Shown: positions 1 through 9,436 of the stretch, in pieces
Layout: each line of letters begins with the position of its first letter
How positions within the stretch are numbered: the stretch's first letter is position 1
From: a virus
Strand: one strand, 5' to 3'
Length of the DNA: 64,000 nt
IMG/VR virus record: IMGVR_UViG_3300046168_000050
Program-made: the position numbers and the translations under genes
Notes under the pieces: generated by a model
What the model saw: only the letters and a program-made list of their open reading frames with translations
Database searches by the model: none
What the model was told of the DNA's origin: nothing

Positions 1-917
1 AGTGTACCAGCAGCAGTTAAGCGACCTTGTTGATCTACAGTAAACGTTGGAATAGCAGAAGCAGAGCCATAAGAACCTGGAGTTACTGCTGTGTTAGATA
101 GAGTTACAATTAATTCATCAGCAGCATGAGAGGTTTCGATACCTGTGCCACCAGATAAGGTAAGAGTGTCTCCTAAGTCAACTGCCGTACCAGTACCTGC
201 ATCAGAAGCAATACCAATAGTACTATTATCAAGTTGACTGTTGCCAATTGAGTTAATAGTAACTTCACCAGTACCTGATACGTCAAAGTCAGCTGATGCA
301 AACGATGCAACACCAACCGCTGAAGTTGTAGCTAAGTCACCGCTAATAGTTACTGTATTGTTAGTAACAGTAGTTGAAATACCGCTTGTACCCAAGAAGC
401 TAAGATCAGAATCAGCGATATTAACTACATCAGTACCAGTATCACCCGCAATGTCAATAGTCTTGGCACCAGCAATAAAGTCAACATATTCTTTTGTGGT
501 AAGAGAGTTTGTGCCAAAGCCTGATCTATCTTTATATCCAGCTGGAACGTTAACTGCGCCTGTACCGTTGGGGGTTAGGGTAAGAGCAGTGTCAGCAGCT
601 GTAATGGAGATAGTTGATCCGTCAATGTCAATATTATCAACTTTTAAGTTATCTATTTTACTGTTAGCGTCAACTAAAAGTGCACTCGAGGCTGTAAGTA
701 CACCTAAAGCATGATCTAGTTTATCAGTAAAATATGAACCGCCAATAACTTCAATATTGGCTGCTACACCTGCCGTTTCAGTTCCTGTGCCGATATATAG
801 TCTATCACCACCGGATACAACTGAATGGTCAGCATAGCTGTATGCCATTTCTCCGTTTCGTAAAGCCGATGGGGCGCCACTAGTACCCGATCTTTTTATC
901 TTAATTATAGATGCCAT
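1..917 (-). CDS. Tail fibre protein, 5' part (runs off the window; missing from the ORF track)
   Basis: ATG at 917-915 overlaps the upstream TAA (TAATG). Reads MASIIKIKRSGTSGAPSALRNGEMAYS..., a common phage fibre N-terminus, then repeats shared with the 5200..9228 fibre (GVASF.S.DFDV...VTINSIGN.Q.DNS; TAVTPGSYGS...IPTFTVD..GRLT). Open to position 1. Confidence 0.85.
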   Translation of the reverse strand, partial: MASIIKIKRSGTSGAPSALRNGEMAYSYADHSVVSGGDRLYIGTGTETAGVAANIEVIGGSYFTDKLDHALGVLTASSALLVDANSKIDNLKVDNIDIDGSTISITAADTALTLTPNGTGAVNVPAGYKDRSGFGTNSLTTKEYVDFIAGAKTIDIAGDTGTDVVNIADSDLSFLGTSGISTTVTNNTVTISGDLATTSAVGVASFASADFDVSGTGEVTINSIGNSQLDNSTIGIASDAGTGTAVDLGDTLTLSGGTGIETSHAADELIVTLSNTAVTPGSYGSASAIPTFTVDQQGRLTAAGT

Positions 918-1225
918 TAATAAAAGCCCCCGTCTTGACTTATTTCTACATTACCCAGTTCATTTCCTGCTGCCCATTTGTCACTCGCCGAATCATAGAT
1001 AATTAATGAACCATCTGCTAAACTTGTAAAGTCTACATTTAAATTTTCAAACCTAACCTTACTAAAGGATAGGTTCCCTGCGCCATCTGTTGTCATTACA
1101 GATCCCGCTGAGTCTGCATCTACAGTCGGATAACTTAACTCTCCAACTTGCAGCGAACCGCGAAATACTGCAGAGTCCGTGACATCTAAACCGGTTTTTA
1201 TGACAAACTTTTGTTTAATCGCCAT
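917..1225 (-). CDS. Small virion/fibre-associated protein
   Basis: YPTVD..AGSVMTTDGAGNLSF fibre motif and C-terminal DGGFY. Preceded by a late promoter and SD AGGAG. Confidence 0.7.
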   Translation of the reverse strand: MAIKQKFVIKTGLDVTDSAVFRGSLQVGELSYPTVDADSAGSVMTTDGAGNLSFSKVRFENLNVDFTSLADGSLIIYDSASDKWAAGNELGNVEISQDGGFY

Positions 1226-1262
1226 ATGCTTAGAGACTCCTATTCATGACAAATATTACCTT

Positions 1263-1270
1263 TATTTATA
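1263..1270 (-). promoter_or_regulatory. T4-type late promoter TATAAATA
   Basis: Exact TATAAATA on the minus strand in the gap upstream of 917..1225. Confidence 0.8.
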
Positions 1271-1281
1271 TGTTTTTTCTT

Positions 1282-2199
1282 TTATGCTTCAATGTTTATT
1301 CTTTTTGCCTTGACTATTGTATTAACGTAATACGGTGTAACAATTAACTCAAATTGCTCATCTTGTATCCGCGCATCAATTATTCCTAAATCAGAGTCAG
1401 TTTGCAGCACGCCATATTCAGTCATATAAACATTAGTATTATCATGTGTAAATAAAACTTCAGAAGAATAATACTTATTGTTATCAGTTTCATGAAGCGA
1501 TATTAAATATTTAAGTGACCTATATTGGTCTGCAGAAAAAGTATCAACTACATAGTCAGCAGTAGTTAATCCTGGTTCTGGCATATCTGCATCTAATTCA
1601 AATAAAGACGCTCCTTTAGCCCTCTCCAAAACATATGCCGAATCAAAAAAGTTTTCTAATCCTGGCGCCGTCTGAGTAGAATCATAAATATAATTATCAC
1701 CTCGAATCCAGTCATTAATTGTGTCAATAGTTCTGGCTGAATCAAATTTAGATAAAGGAACTAATTGGCTTGAATCCACTGGCTGGCCAGGAACAGGTGC
1801 GGGCCCTACAGAAAGTGTTCCACCGCCTCCATCTGCTAGGACGGTTCCTCCTAAGAAGATTGTCTCACCAGCTAGAAATAATTCTTTAAATCTTTTTGTA
1901 GGAGAACCTAAATTGTAAGCAATGTCAGTATCAGGTACCATATTACCGGTAACAATAGTACCACCAGAATCTACATTATCAGTGATTCCTGACAAAACAA
2001 TATTTGTAGGCTTATTAGTGAGGTTTTCATAGTTTCGATAAAACCCCGGAGAATCTCCACCTAAGGTAGCCGCGTCATAAAAAACCTGATCAACAGATTT
2101 TATAGGAGTACCAACCATCACCTTTTTTACAATGGTAGTGCTTTCAGATACTCTTATCTCGGGGTTTTGATTTACCTTTACTACATATTTGTCAGACAT
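1282..2199 (-). CDS. Virion structural (fibre/baseplate-associated) protein
   Basis: GNMVPDTDIAYNLGSPTKRFKELFL motif and a C-terminal DTF...YRSLKYLI...SEVL..HD...YMTEYG beta domain typical of marine T4-like structural proteins. Confidence 0.7.
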   Translation of the reverse strand: MSDKYVVKVNQNPEIRVSESTTIVKKVMVGTPIKSVDQVFYDAATLGGDSPGFYRNYENLTNKPTNIVLSGITDNVDSGGTIVTGNMVPDTDIAYNLGSPTKRFKELFLAGETIFLGGTVLADGGGGTLSVGPAPVPGQPVDSSQLVPLSKFDSARTIDTINDWIRGDNYIYDSTQTAPGLENFFDSAYVLERAKGASLFELDADMPEPGLTTADYVVDTFSADQYRSLKYLISLHETDNNKYYSSEVLFTHDNTNVYMTEYGVLQTDSDLGIIDARIQDEQFELIVTPYYVNTIVKAKRINIEA

Positions 2200-2203
2200 T
2201 CAC

Positions 2204-2557
2204 TCACCTAGTTACAGAAGGAGTCACTTGGGCTCTTCCTTCTAATATCCGCTCGATAATTGTATTATTGTCTGAATCCTGATATTGTAGCTCCACATCA
2301 TAAACATAGCGACCGGCTTTCAATGCATCTGTTTGAGTGTTTGAAAGACTTAAAGTAATTTTGCCATCAGTAGCAGGGGTAGCTACAATACCTGTAAAGT
2401 CTACCGTGTCTGCACTATCACTGTTATAGGATTTTTTGAGTTTAGCGGATACTGTATGATTAGTCAGGTCCTTTGTCGAACCATCTAATGCAACTAGATG
2501 TACTTCTATTGCTACATCGGCCCCTTGGTCGATGGTAAATTCTTCATACTGGGCCAT
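2204..2557 (-). CDS. BppU-N/Ig-like baseplate-associated protein
   Basis: IDQGAD...DLT......K......G.I.LSL...QT..L..GRYVYDVE......R..EG...V.P.VT signature. Confidence 0.7.
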   Translation of the reverse strand: MAQYEEFTIDQGADVAIEVHLVALDGSTKDLTNHTVSAKLKKSYNSDSADTVDFTGIVATPATDGKITLSLSNTQTDALKAGRYVYDVELQYQDSDNNTIIERILEGRAQVTPSVTR

Positions 2558-2615
2558 AGAATTCCTCGCTGATTCATTTGTCGGTACACTATCGCACCCT
2601 GCCGCTATTTGATGT

Positions 2616-2623
2616 TATTTATA
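2616..2623 (-). promoter_or_regulatory. T4-type late promoter TATAAATA
   Basis: Exact match upstream of 2204..2557. Confidence 0.8.
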
Positions 2624-2627
2624 CTTT

Positions 2628-3092
2628 TTAAATGTTGAAGGGTCTAACTATTTTAAAATGAGTACCTAACGTTTCTAAGGTTAACTCAGTGCCACAATAT
2701 CTTAACCAATATGCTAAAAATGTTCTGTTATCGAAAAAAGGTACAGCTGCTTCTATATTAGAGCATTTAGTCTGCCAAACATTATTTACAAAAATAGAAA
2801 CCATTATGTCATCTTTTTTAGCAAACAAAACATCGTAATTTTGAGCTGCATTTATCGAATATTCAATACTAGTATATCCATACTGCTCTTCTACAGTAGC
2901 GCCTCTGATAAAAGATTGCATGACATCTCTAAATCCATCGACTGTGGTAGCACCCGATCTTTCAAATTCCTTTTTCATATTTTGTGTATTATTAAACCTC
3001 TCCTCAAGCCTTATAAAAAAATCAATCATAGTATGATCAAAATTTGTACTTGGGGTATTTAAAAAATTATTAACGTCATTCTCTAAAGACAT
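2628..3092 (-). CDS. Hypothetical protein
   Basis: 154-aa ORF in the operon with SD AGGT; no recognisable motif. Confidence 0.6.
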   Translation of the reverse strand: MSLENDVNNFLNTPSTNFDHTMIDFFIRLEERFNNTQNMKKEFERSGATTVDGFRDVMQSFIRGATVEEQYGYTSIEYSINAAQNYDVLFAKKDDIMVSIFVNNVWQTKCSNIEAAVPFFDNRTFLAYWLRYCGTELTLETLGTHFKIVRPFNI

Positions 3093-3102
3093 TATCTACC
3101 TA

Positions 3103-4854
3103 CTATGCTTGGTTAAAAGAAAACTCTACTGTAACATCTTGTCCTGTGTCTCCACTAGCAAATCTATCCCCAGTATAAGTAACTGGACCTGATACACTTG
3201 AGGAAGAGGATGTTGCAGCATCTCTAAAGATATACGCATGAACTTCCGGAGACCATGCGAAACTTTGTACTGTATAAGAATCACTAGTATGAGAGCTTAA
3301 AGGAAAAGTAAAAATCCCTTGTTTATTAGACCACTTAAGTTTAAAAACAATGTTACCTAAAGCGTTGGGTTTAAGTGTCGGTTGTGATTGCCGGCCTCCA
3401 ATCATGTCTCCAGAAGATGTGTACCCTCCATTAGAATTTTCATTGTAAAGGCTTATAAAAAAATAAAAACTCGCGCCGGTGACCCAGGTGGTAGGGTCTG
3501 TTCCGGAAGGTACGCTGGTACTTTGAGATAAATTTACTCTATTAGTAATTGCAGATAAGTTTATTTCCGGTCTCCACCCCTCATATATTCCTGCTCCTGA
3601 TCCTAATCTAGGCAACTGAGATTGATAGTTTTCTCTATACGGTATAATAGTTTTAACTGCAAGTAAATCAGTTGTAGAGGTATCAAATCTAATAGTGCGA
3701 GATCCATTATATTTCATGGAATATATGTCTGATGATGTTGTATTAGTAATTTTCATAGGAGTTTGTCCTAAGAATCCCCAAGGATCAGGATTATCAGCTG
3801 GATAGAATGTATACGGGTAATTACCTACTGGAATGCCTCCAGAAGCTGCTCCATAAAACTCAGAAAAACTAGATTGCGCTTCAGAGGCTTTATTTATTAA
3901 TGCTCTTACATCTTCATCATTTATAGTTACTGTAGTTTCGCCGACACCTTCATCTAAATACGCTATTATGACTGCTCCTGAGTGCCCCGAACCGCTATAG
4001 TTTGTACCACCTTCAGCGGCAACTCCCCCTCCACCGGCACCATAAGCTAGCCCAGGCGAAGCTGACCCGGCCTGTCCGCTACTATGTTGAACGCCGCGAC
4101 CTCCTTGGAAAGTATTAGATACTGCTACTTGGCCATTTTTTAAAGTAAATTCATTAGGAAAAGCTGGTGCAGATGAGTATTGACCAAAGTGCGGACCTCC
4201 AGCCCCTCCGATCTCTATACCATTTAATCCAGACACAGATTGACCAACTAAGTTTGCAGAACCTCCACCTTTTGCGCCTGATCCATCACCACCTCTAGTT
4301 AAAAGAGTGGATCCTCCACCAGTATAATTATCCATACCGCCTGATCCAACTCCTCCGTTACTCTCATGAGCATAACCCCAACCATTTACATAAACATCGC
4401 TGTTGTCACCGTTAGCTGGATCTGTAGCAGATCCATAACCACGCTCTCCTCCAGATGCGCTAATAGTTGTTCCAACATTAGGATCAAAAGTTGTAGTACC
4501 ACCAGACCGGCCTGATCTTCTACCTCCACCACCGGCGGCAGATACACTAGCACCTCCAGAACCAATAGTAACAGAAAAACTTGATATACCAGAAGATCTA
4601 TAATAAGTTCTTACTGCAGTACCTCCAGCACCGCCTCCTGTAGCAACCTTTTCTCTACCGGCATCTGTACTAGCTGCCCCACCACTACCGCCACCTCCAA
4701 TAGCAAAGACTTTAATGGACGTCCAATCATTATTAGTTCTTAAGTTATAAGAGCCGCTAGCAGAGAATATTCCAACCGCTACCGCACCAGTAAATCCTGC
4801 TGCTTCTTGATGTATGTTATTAAGAGAGATAGGTCCAGATTCTTGTAAAGCCAT
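3103..4854 (-). CDS. Glycine-rich fibre-tip/adhesin-like protein
   Basis: MALQESGPISLNNIH N-terminus and a Gly-rich GGGGSGG/GGGAGG domain. Lies two genes after the S74 fibre. Confidence 0.7.
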   Translation of the reverse strand: MALQESGPISLNNIHQEAAGFTGAVAVGIFSASGSYNLRTNNDWTSIKVFAIGGGGSGGAASTDAGREKVATGGGAGGTAVRTYYRSSGISSFSVTIGSGGASVSAAGGGGRRSGRSGGTTTFDPNVGTTISASGGERGYGSATDPANGDNSDVYVNGWGYAHESNGGVGSGGMDNYTGGGSTLLTRGGDGSGAKGGGSANLVGQSVSGLNGIEIGGAGGPHFGQYSSAPAFPNEFTLKNGQVAVSNTFQGGRGVQHSSGQAGSASPGLAYGAGGGGVAAEGGTNYSGSGHSGAVIIAYLDEGVGETTVTINDEDVRALINKASEAQSSFSEFYGAASGGIPVGNYPYTFYPADNPDPWGFLGQTPMKITNTTSSDIYSMKYNGSRTIRFDTSTTDLLAVKTIIPYRENYQSQLPRLGSGAGIYEGWRPEINLSAITNRVNLSQSTSVPSGTDPTTWVTGASFYFFISLYNENSNGGYTSSGDMIGGRQSQPTLKPNALGNIVFKLKWSNKQGIFTFPLSSHTSDSYTVQSFAWSPEVHAYIFRDAATSSSSSVSGPVTYTGDRFASGDTGQDVTVEFSFNQA

Positions 4855-5198
4855 TACACATACCTCATATATTCTTCATCTGAATCCCAAACTCTACTCA
4901 ACGCCCAAGAAGTAGACGAACTATCCCAGATATAATCTTCTGTTGCTGTTCCCGGATAAGCAACAGGAGCAATATACTCATAAGTAGATGAATCTAATAT
5001 ATAGCCCCCTACAGGAGAGGTTGCCCAATATACAGCTTGTAAGTTAGTATCATAATACTTACCTATTTCACCTGATCCTTGTACATCAGAGTCTAAGACT
5101 GCCCAATCTATAAACGATGCAACAGATCCTAAAGAATCTACATCAATAATATTTTCAATAATATTAGTATGAGTGTTAATAACTAAAGCAGTTTTCAC
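4854..5198 (-). CDS. Small fibre-associated protein
   Basis: GTG start; resembles the small acidic Trp/Tyr-rich ORFs beside Gly-rich fibres (IG..YD...., APVAYP....Y.WD). Confidence 0.6.
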   Translation of the reverse strand: MKTALVINTHTNIIENIIDVDSLGSVASFIDWAVLDSDVQGSGEIGKYYDTNLQAVYWATSPVGGYILDSSTYEYIAPVAYPGTATEDYIWDSSSTSWALSRVWDSDEEYMRYV

Positions 5199-5199
5199 G

Positions 5200-8100
5200 T
5201 TATCTACCTTGCAATTCTTTTTTTAGTTTATCTATCTGAACTTGTTGATCTTTAATAGCTTCAATTAGTAAAGGAACTATTCTTTCGTATCTAACCGTCA
5301 GGTAATCTTCACCTGACTTAGAGTTACCATCTTCATCTGTATCAAATGGAGCTGAAGTTACAGCATCCGGAATTACTTTTTGGATTTCTTGAGCAATAAC
5401 ACCATGTTCATCTTTTGATTCCGGAGTAAAGCCTACAGCTGTTGCAGCTTCCTCGTTCCAGGTATAACTATAACCACCAATGCTTTTTAATTTTCTAATA
5501 GGATCAGAAATAACTGCTATATTTTCTTTTAATCTCTCATCTGAAGAATAAGCTGTAATATTACCTGTAGCAGAGAAAGAACCGGTATATGAGCCGGACA
5601 TTTTTACTTCATCGGCTGCTACAGTAATACCATTTCCTGCTCCTACATTAATAGTTCTATTAACGTTTAGTGTGCCTCCGCCGGTTAATCCATTACCGGC
5701 AGTAACTCCTGTATTAGTCTCAAACGTTAAATCAAACGGATCTGTATTAGAACCTGGATTAGTGTCCGTCCAGATAATCCTAACTCCGCCACCTTCTCTA
5801 AATTTCCACTCTTTATTGTGTGAAATAGTAACTTCAGTACCATCATGATCTTCAACTTGAAATGTAGTTAATTGGTTTGTGTCCGTTACAGTTTCTGTGG
5901 CAGTACTAATACCAGTAACATGTCCATATGTATCTAACATAATATCTTGAATATATGTTCTACCACTATTATTCGAAGATCCTTGGTCGGATGTATCTGT
6001 GTGACTGATAGTCATTCTGTCACTAGCAGCATCAGAAGCAAGAGTAATACCTCCTCCTGCTCTAATATAGAAAATATCATCATTAACACCCGCTGTAATA
6101 ACGTCTAGATCAGAGCCATCAGCTGCTTCCGGTATAATTCTTTTAAATATACTCTGAAGAGAACCTCTATCTACATTAGTAAAAGTAAGCTGATCATCAG
6201 CTGTCTTTTCTATTTGCATCCCCGTCCCTTGCTCAAAATGCAAGGTGTCGCCAGAAGTTATAGTACCTGTTTCGCCTCCATTACCTTCTAAAAACGACCA
6301 TGAAACATAGTTATCAAAAGTGCCTAGTGCAGGAATCATAACTGTTTTTGTATTAACACCTGTAACATGCCCTCTTGCGTTTGAAGTAAGACTGTCAATA
6401 GCCGTAAACGTACCTCCAAATGCAGGAGCACTTGCATTATTTGTATTAGTTCTTGTTATATTATCATGGTCGATAGTTAATGTTTGATTAGTACTCTGAT
6501 TAGTTGTAAATGTCCTATCTGTTTCATCAAAGTGAAGGTCACTGCCAGCTGCTAATGTAATAGTAGCATCACCTACAGTCACTGAACCCGAAACTATATC
6601 AGTAATGTGACCGTATGTGTCTAAAGAGATATCTTGAATAAAGCTGTTGCCTGTATTATTAACTGATCCTTGAGAAGAAGTGTCGGTATGAGCAAATTCA
6701 CCTGTAGAGCTATTATATGATAATCCCCCGCCCGCATTTAACCAACCAGCGGTTGCTACTCTTGTATAAACAGGGTCGTTACCTTCACCAACCTGCCAGT
6801 AATCATTAGCTTCATTCCACCTTAATTGTACGTTGGTACTATTACCTCTTTCAATCTCAATACCACCGTTCTGTGTTGGAGTATTAGCTGCATTAGAGTT
6901 AAGCAAAATAATATTGTCAGCAATAGCTACAGTCTCAGTGTTAACTGTAGTAGTGGTGCCAGATATTGTTAGATTTCCATCAATAACCGCATTACCAGTA
7001 ACATCTAAGTTACGGCCTACAAATACATCTTGACCTGTGGTAAGGTCTGTAGTTACAGTAACACTGCTTGGTAAACCCACGGTGGCAGAAGATCCTTCAC
7101 CTGGCGTGTGACTTACTTCTATTTCATTGGCAGTACCTGAGATACCAGACATATAATTACCGGTAGTTTCAGTACCTAGAATTACACCATTATCTTTAAT
7201 GGTAACAACTCCGTTAGATACAGAGAAGTTATCAGTACTAAATGAAGCTACACCTTTATTAGTGCTTGTCGCAAGCTCTGCTGATATAGTTACTTTATTA
7301 TTAGTTACTGCAGCGTTAATACCTTCACCTTCAGAAAACCTAAGTTTGTCATTTAAAAGATCAACTGCATCAGAATCTAAACTATCATCGCTTATAGTAA
7401 GTGTAGTAGCAATACTTACCGGAGTTACGTTAGTAAGTCTACCTTTACCATCTACAGTAAATGATGGAATAGAAGTTGTAGATCCATATGAACCAGCTGT
7501 TACTGTTGTATCATCTAATACAAAATCAAGAGTGCCATCTCCGTCTTGATATGTGACTGTAATATCTGTTTCAGTATTACCGGTAACCATGGCGCCAACC
7601 ATGTCCTGAATAGCTTCATCGCTAATAGTGATAGTAGCTCCAGTGGTAAAATCAGTAGTGTCTAGATTAGCGTATGCAACTAATCGGCTTGGAGTTGCAG
7701 CGTTGTTATAAGACGCTTCCCAATAATCGCTAGTTTCATTCCATTGGATTACGGCGCTATCTTGTGTACCTCTATCAATGGAAATACCAGCATTGGCCGA
7801 AGGAGCTCCAGTTGTACCATCTAAAAGTTCAACAAAAGCTGAAGCCAATTTTTGAGCGCCAGTTATAATAAAATCACCGCCGATTGTAAAGTTTCCACCT
7901 ATTCCAAGATCATTAGTTATAGTAACATTATTAGGTAAACCTACGGTCACTGTCCCGTTAGTTCTAGAAACCTCTACTTCATTAGTTGTTCCGTCTATTC
8001 CTAAAACCGCGCCGGTTGTAAGGTTAGCCAGGGTTACATTGCCATTAGATACAGCAAAATCTCCGTTATCAAACTTGGCAGCGCCTATATTAGTATCAGA

Positions 8101-9228
8101 CGCAAGTTCTCCGGCAATAGTAATAGTATTATTTGCTACAGTAGTATTAATACCTTCACCTGCAGCCAGGGTAAGTGTTTCTCCTAAATTAACGGCATTA
8201 GTAGTACCGGCTTCTGATGCTATGTTAATAAAACTATTATCAATTTGGTTATTGCCAATTGAATTAATAGTAACAACACCAGTATTAACGTCAAAGTCGC
8301 TTGAAGAAAATGATGCAATACCTATATTGCTATTGGTAGCATGTTCCCCGGCTATAGTAATTTGGTTATTTGATACGGTTGTATTAATACCTTCTCCAGC
8401 AGAGAAAGTAATAGTATTACCTAGTGATATTTCGTCAGTTGTCCCGCTCTCAGCCGCAATTTTTAATGCCCATCCAGTTGATGTTGCATTACCAGTGATA
8501 TCTAAGTCTCCACCAATATCAAAATTGCCTGTAATATAGGCACTATCTTCTACTGTAAGGGCATCAGTCATTAAGGTGGGAGCATTAACGGTCAGCTGGC
8601 TGTCAATAGTAGTTACATCTAATGTAGTAACACCATCTACGTCTAGGTTACCTACGACAGCAGCATTATTTGCAATTGTAGCAGAATCCGCTAATAGATT
8701 ATCAGTATTTAATGTGCCATCAAAATAACCGTGTCTCCACTGCTGCGTGGAGCTACCTAAATCAAATGCATTAGTTGTGTTCGGAATAACATTCGAGTTA
8801 ATATCTGCATCAAATACAACGTTATCGGTATTATCATCACCTAATGTAACAGTACCAGATGAGCCAGCTTTCATATTCACTACGCCGTCAACGGTAAGAG
8901 TGCCATCTATTTGAAGGTTACCTCCAATGTCAACATTACTTTGCATGTAAACATCACCGGCAAATATATTATCATACGTGCTATCAAATGCTCTAATACG
9001 TGGAGTAACTACTTCAATAATATCAGCAGAATCGAGTCTTGCTTCATGCTCCTTCAAAGCTTCAGCTACTGTAGGATAAGTTCCAGTAAATGTGCTTCTT
9101 CCGGCTGTCTGATTTACATTAGTAAGACTGACACTTCCTACTGAGTCGATAAGTTGGTTAAACCTAAGACGCTGCGTGTTAATAGTATCTGTGGCTAGAT
9201 TAACTTTTGCTATTTTAGCATTAGGCAT
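5200..9228 (-). CDS. Long tail fibre with C-terminal peptidase S74 intramolecular chaperone
   Basis: 1342 aa of Thr/Gly/Asn-rich repeats. C-terminus reads SDERLKENI...GYSYTW...GVIAQEIQKVIPDAV...YLTVRYERIVPLLIEAIK (S74 signature). Confidence 0.92.
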   Translation of the reverse strand: MPNAKIAKVNLATDTINTQRLRFNQLIDSVGSVSLTNVNQTAGRSTFTGTYPTVAEALKEHEARLDSADIIEVVTPRIRAFDSTYDNIFAGDVYMQSNVDIGGNLQIDGTLTVDGVVNMKAGSSGTVTLGDDNTDNVVFDADINSNVIPNTTNAFDLGSSTQQWRHGYFDGTLNTDNLLADSATIANNAAVVGNLDVDGVTTLDVTTIDSQLTVNAPTLMTDALTVEDSAYITGNFDIGGDLDITGNATSTGWALKIAAESGTTDEISLGNTITFSAGEGINTTVSNNQITIAGEHATNSNIGIASFSSSDFDVNTGVVTINSIGNNQIDNSFINIASEAGTTNAVNLGETLTLAAGEGINTTVANNTITIAGELASDTNIGAAKFDNGDFAVSNGNVTLANLTTGAVLGIDGTTNEVEVSRTNGTVTVGLPNNVTITNDLGIGGNFTIGGDFIITGAQKLASAFVELLDGTTGAPSANAGISIDRGTQDSAVIQWNETSDYWEASYNNAATPSRLVAYANLDTTDFTTGATITISDEAIQDMVGAMVTGNTETDITVTYQDGDGTLDFVLDDTTVTAGSYGSTTSIPSFTVDGKGRLTNVTPVSIATTLTISDDSLDSDAVDLLNDKLRFSEGEGINAAVTNNKVTISAELATSTNKGVASFSTDNFSVSNGVVTIKDNGVILGTETTGNYMSGISGTANEIEVSHTPGEGSSATVGLPSSVTVTTDLTTGQDVFVGRNLDVTGNAVIDGNLTISGTTTTVNTETVAIADNIILLNSNAANTPTQNGGIEIERGNSTNVQLRWNEANDYWQVGEGNDPVYTRVATAGWLNAGGGLSYNSSTGEFAHTDTSSQGSVNNTGNSFIQDISLDTYGHITDIVSGSVTVGDATITLAAGSDLHFDETDRTFTTNQSTNQTLTIDHDNITRTNTNNASAPAFGGTFTAIDSLTSNARGHVTGVNTKTVMIPALGTFDNYVSWSFLEGNGGETGTITSGDTLHFEQGTGMQIEKTADDQLTFTNVDRGSLQSIFKRIIPEAADGSDLDVITAGVNDDIFYIRAGGGITLASDAASDRMTISHTDTSDQGSSNNSGRTYIQDIMLDTYGHVTGISTATETVTDTNQLTTFQVEDHDGTEVTISHNKEWKFREGGGVRIIWTDTNPGSNTDPFDLTFETNTGVTAGNGLTGGGTLNVNRTINVGAGNGITVAADEVKMSGSYTGSFSATGNITAYSSDERLKENIAVISDPIRKLKSIGGYSYTWNEEAATAVGFTPESKDEHGVIAQEIQKVIPDAVTSAPFDTDEDGNSKSGEDYLTVRYERIVPLLIEAIKDQQVQIDKLKKELQGR

Positions 9229-9436
9229 TTGCGAAACTTTCTGTTAATTTTTGTAGCATCATCTTTATATCCTGTACGTCTGATTTTAGAGCTTCAATCT
9301 CTTGGCGCTGCTGTAATTCACGATCTCTTTTTTCAATAAACGCATTAGTATTATCTTTATTTATATTCAAAATCATACCAGTACTTTTATCTCTTGCAAG
9401 ATCTGGATAACCATCTACAGAAATATAACCACTCAT
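9221..9436 (-). CDS. Conserved small coiled-coil protein following DUF4815
   Basis: V.GYPDLARD..TG.I.N....LKSDV.DIK.ML..L pattern common in marine T4-likes. Confidence 0.7.
   Translation of the reverse strand: MSGYISVDGYPDLARDKSTGMILNINKDNTNAFIEKRDRELQQRQEIEALKSDVQDIKMMLQKLTESFANA

Noticed and set aside
2558-2615. GC-richer late leader with a small hairpin and 7-nt complementarity to the leader near 1248-1254
   Set aside because: The pairings are too short to distinguish from chance.
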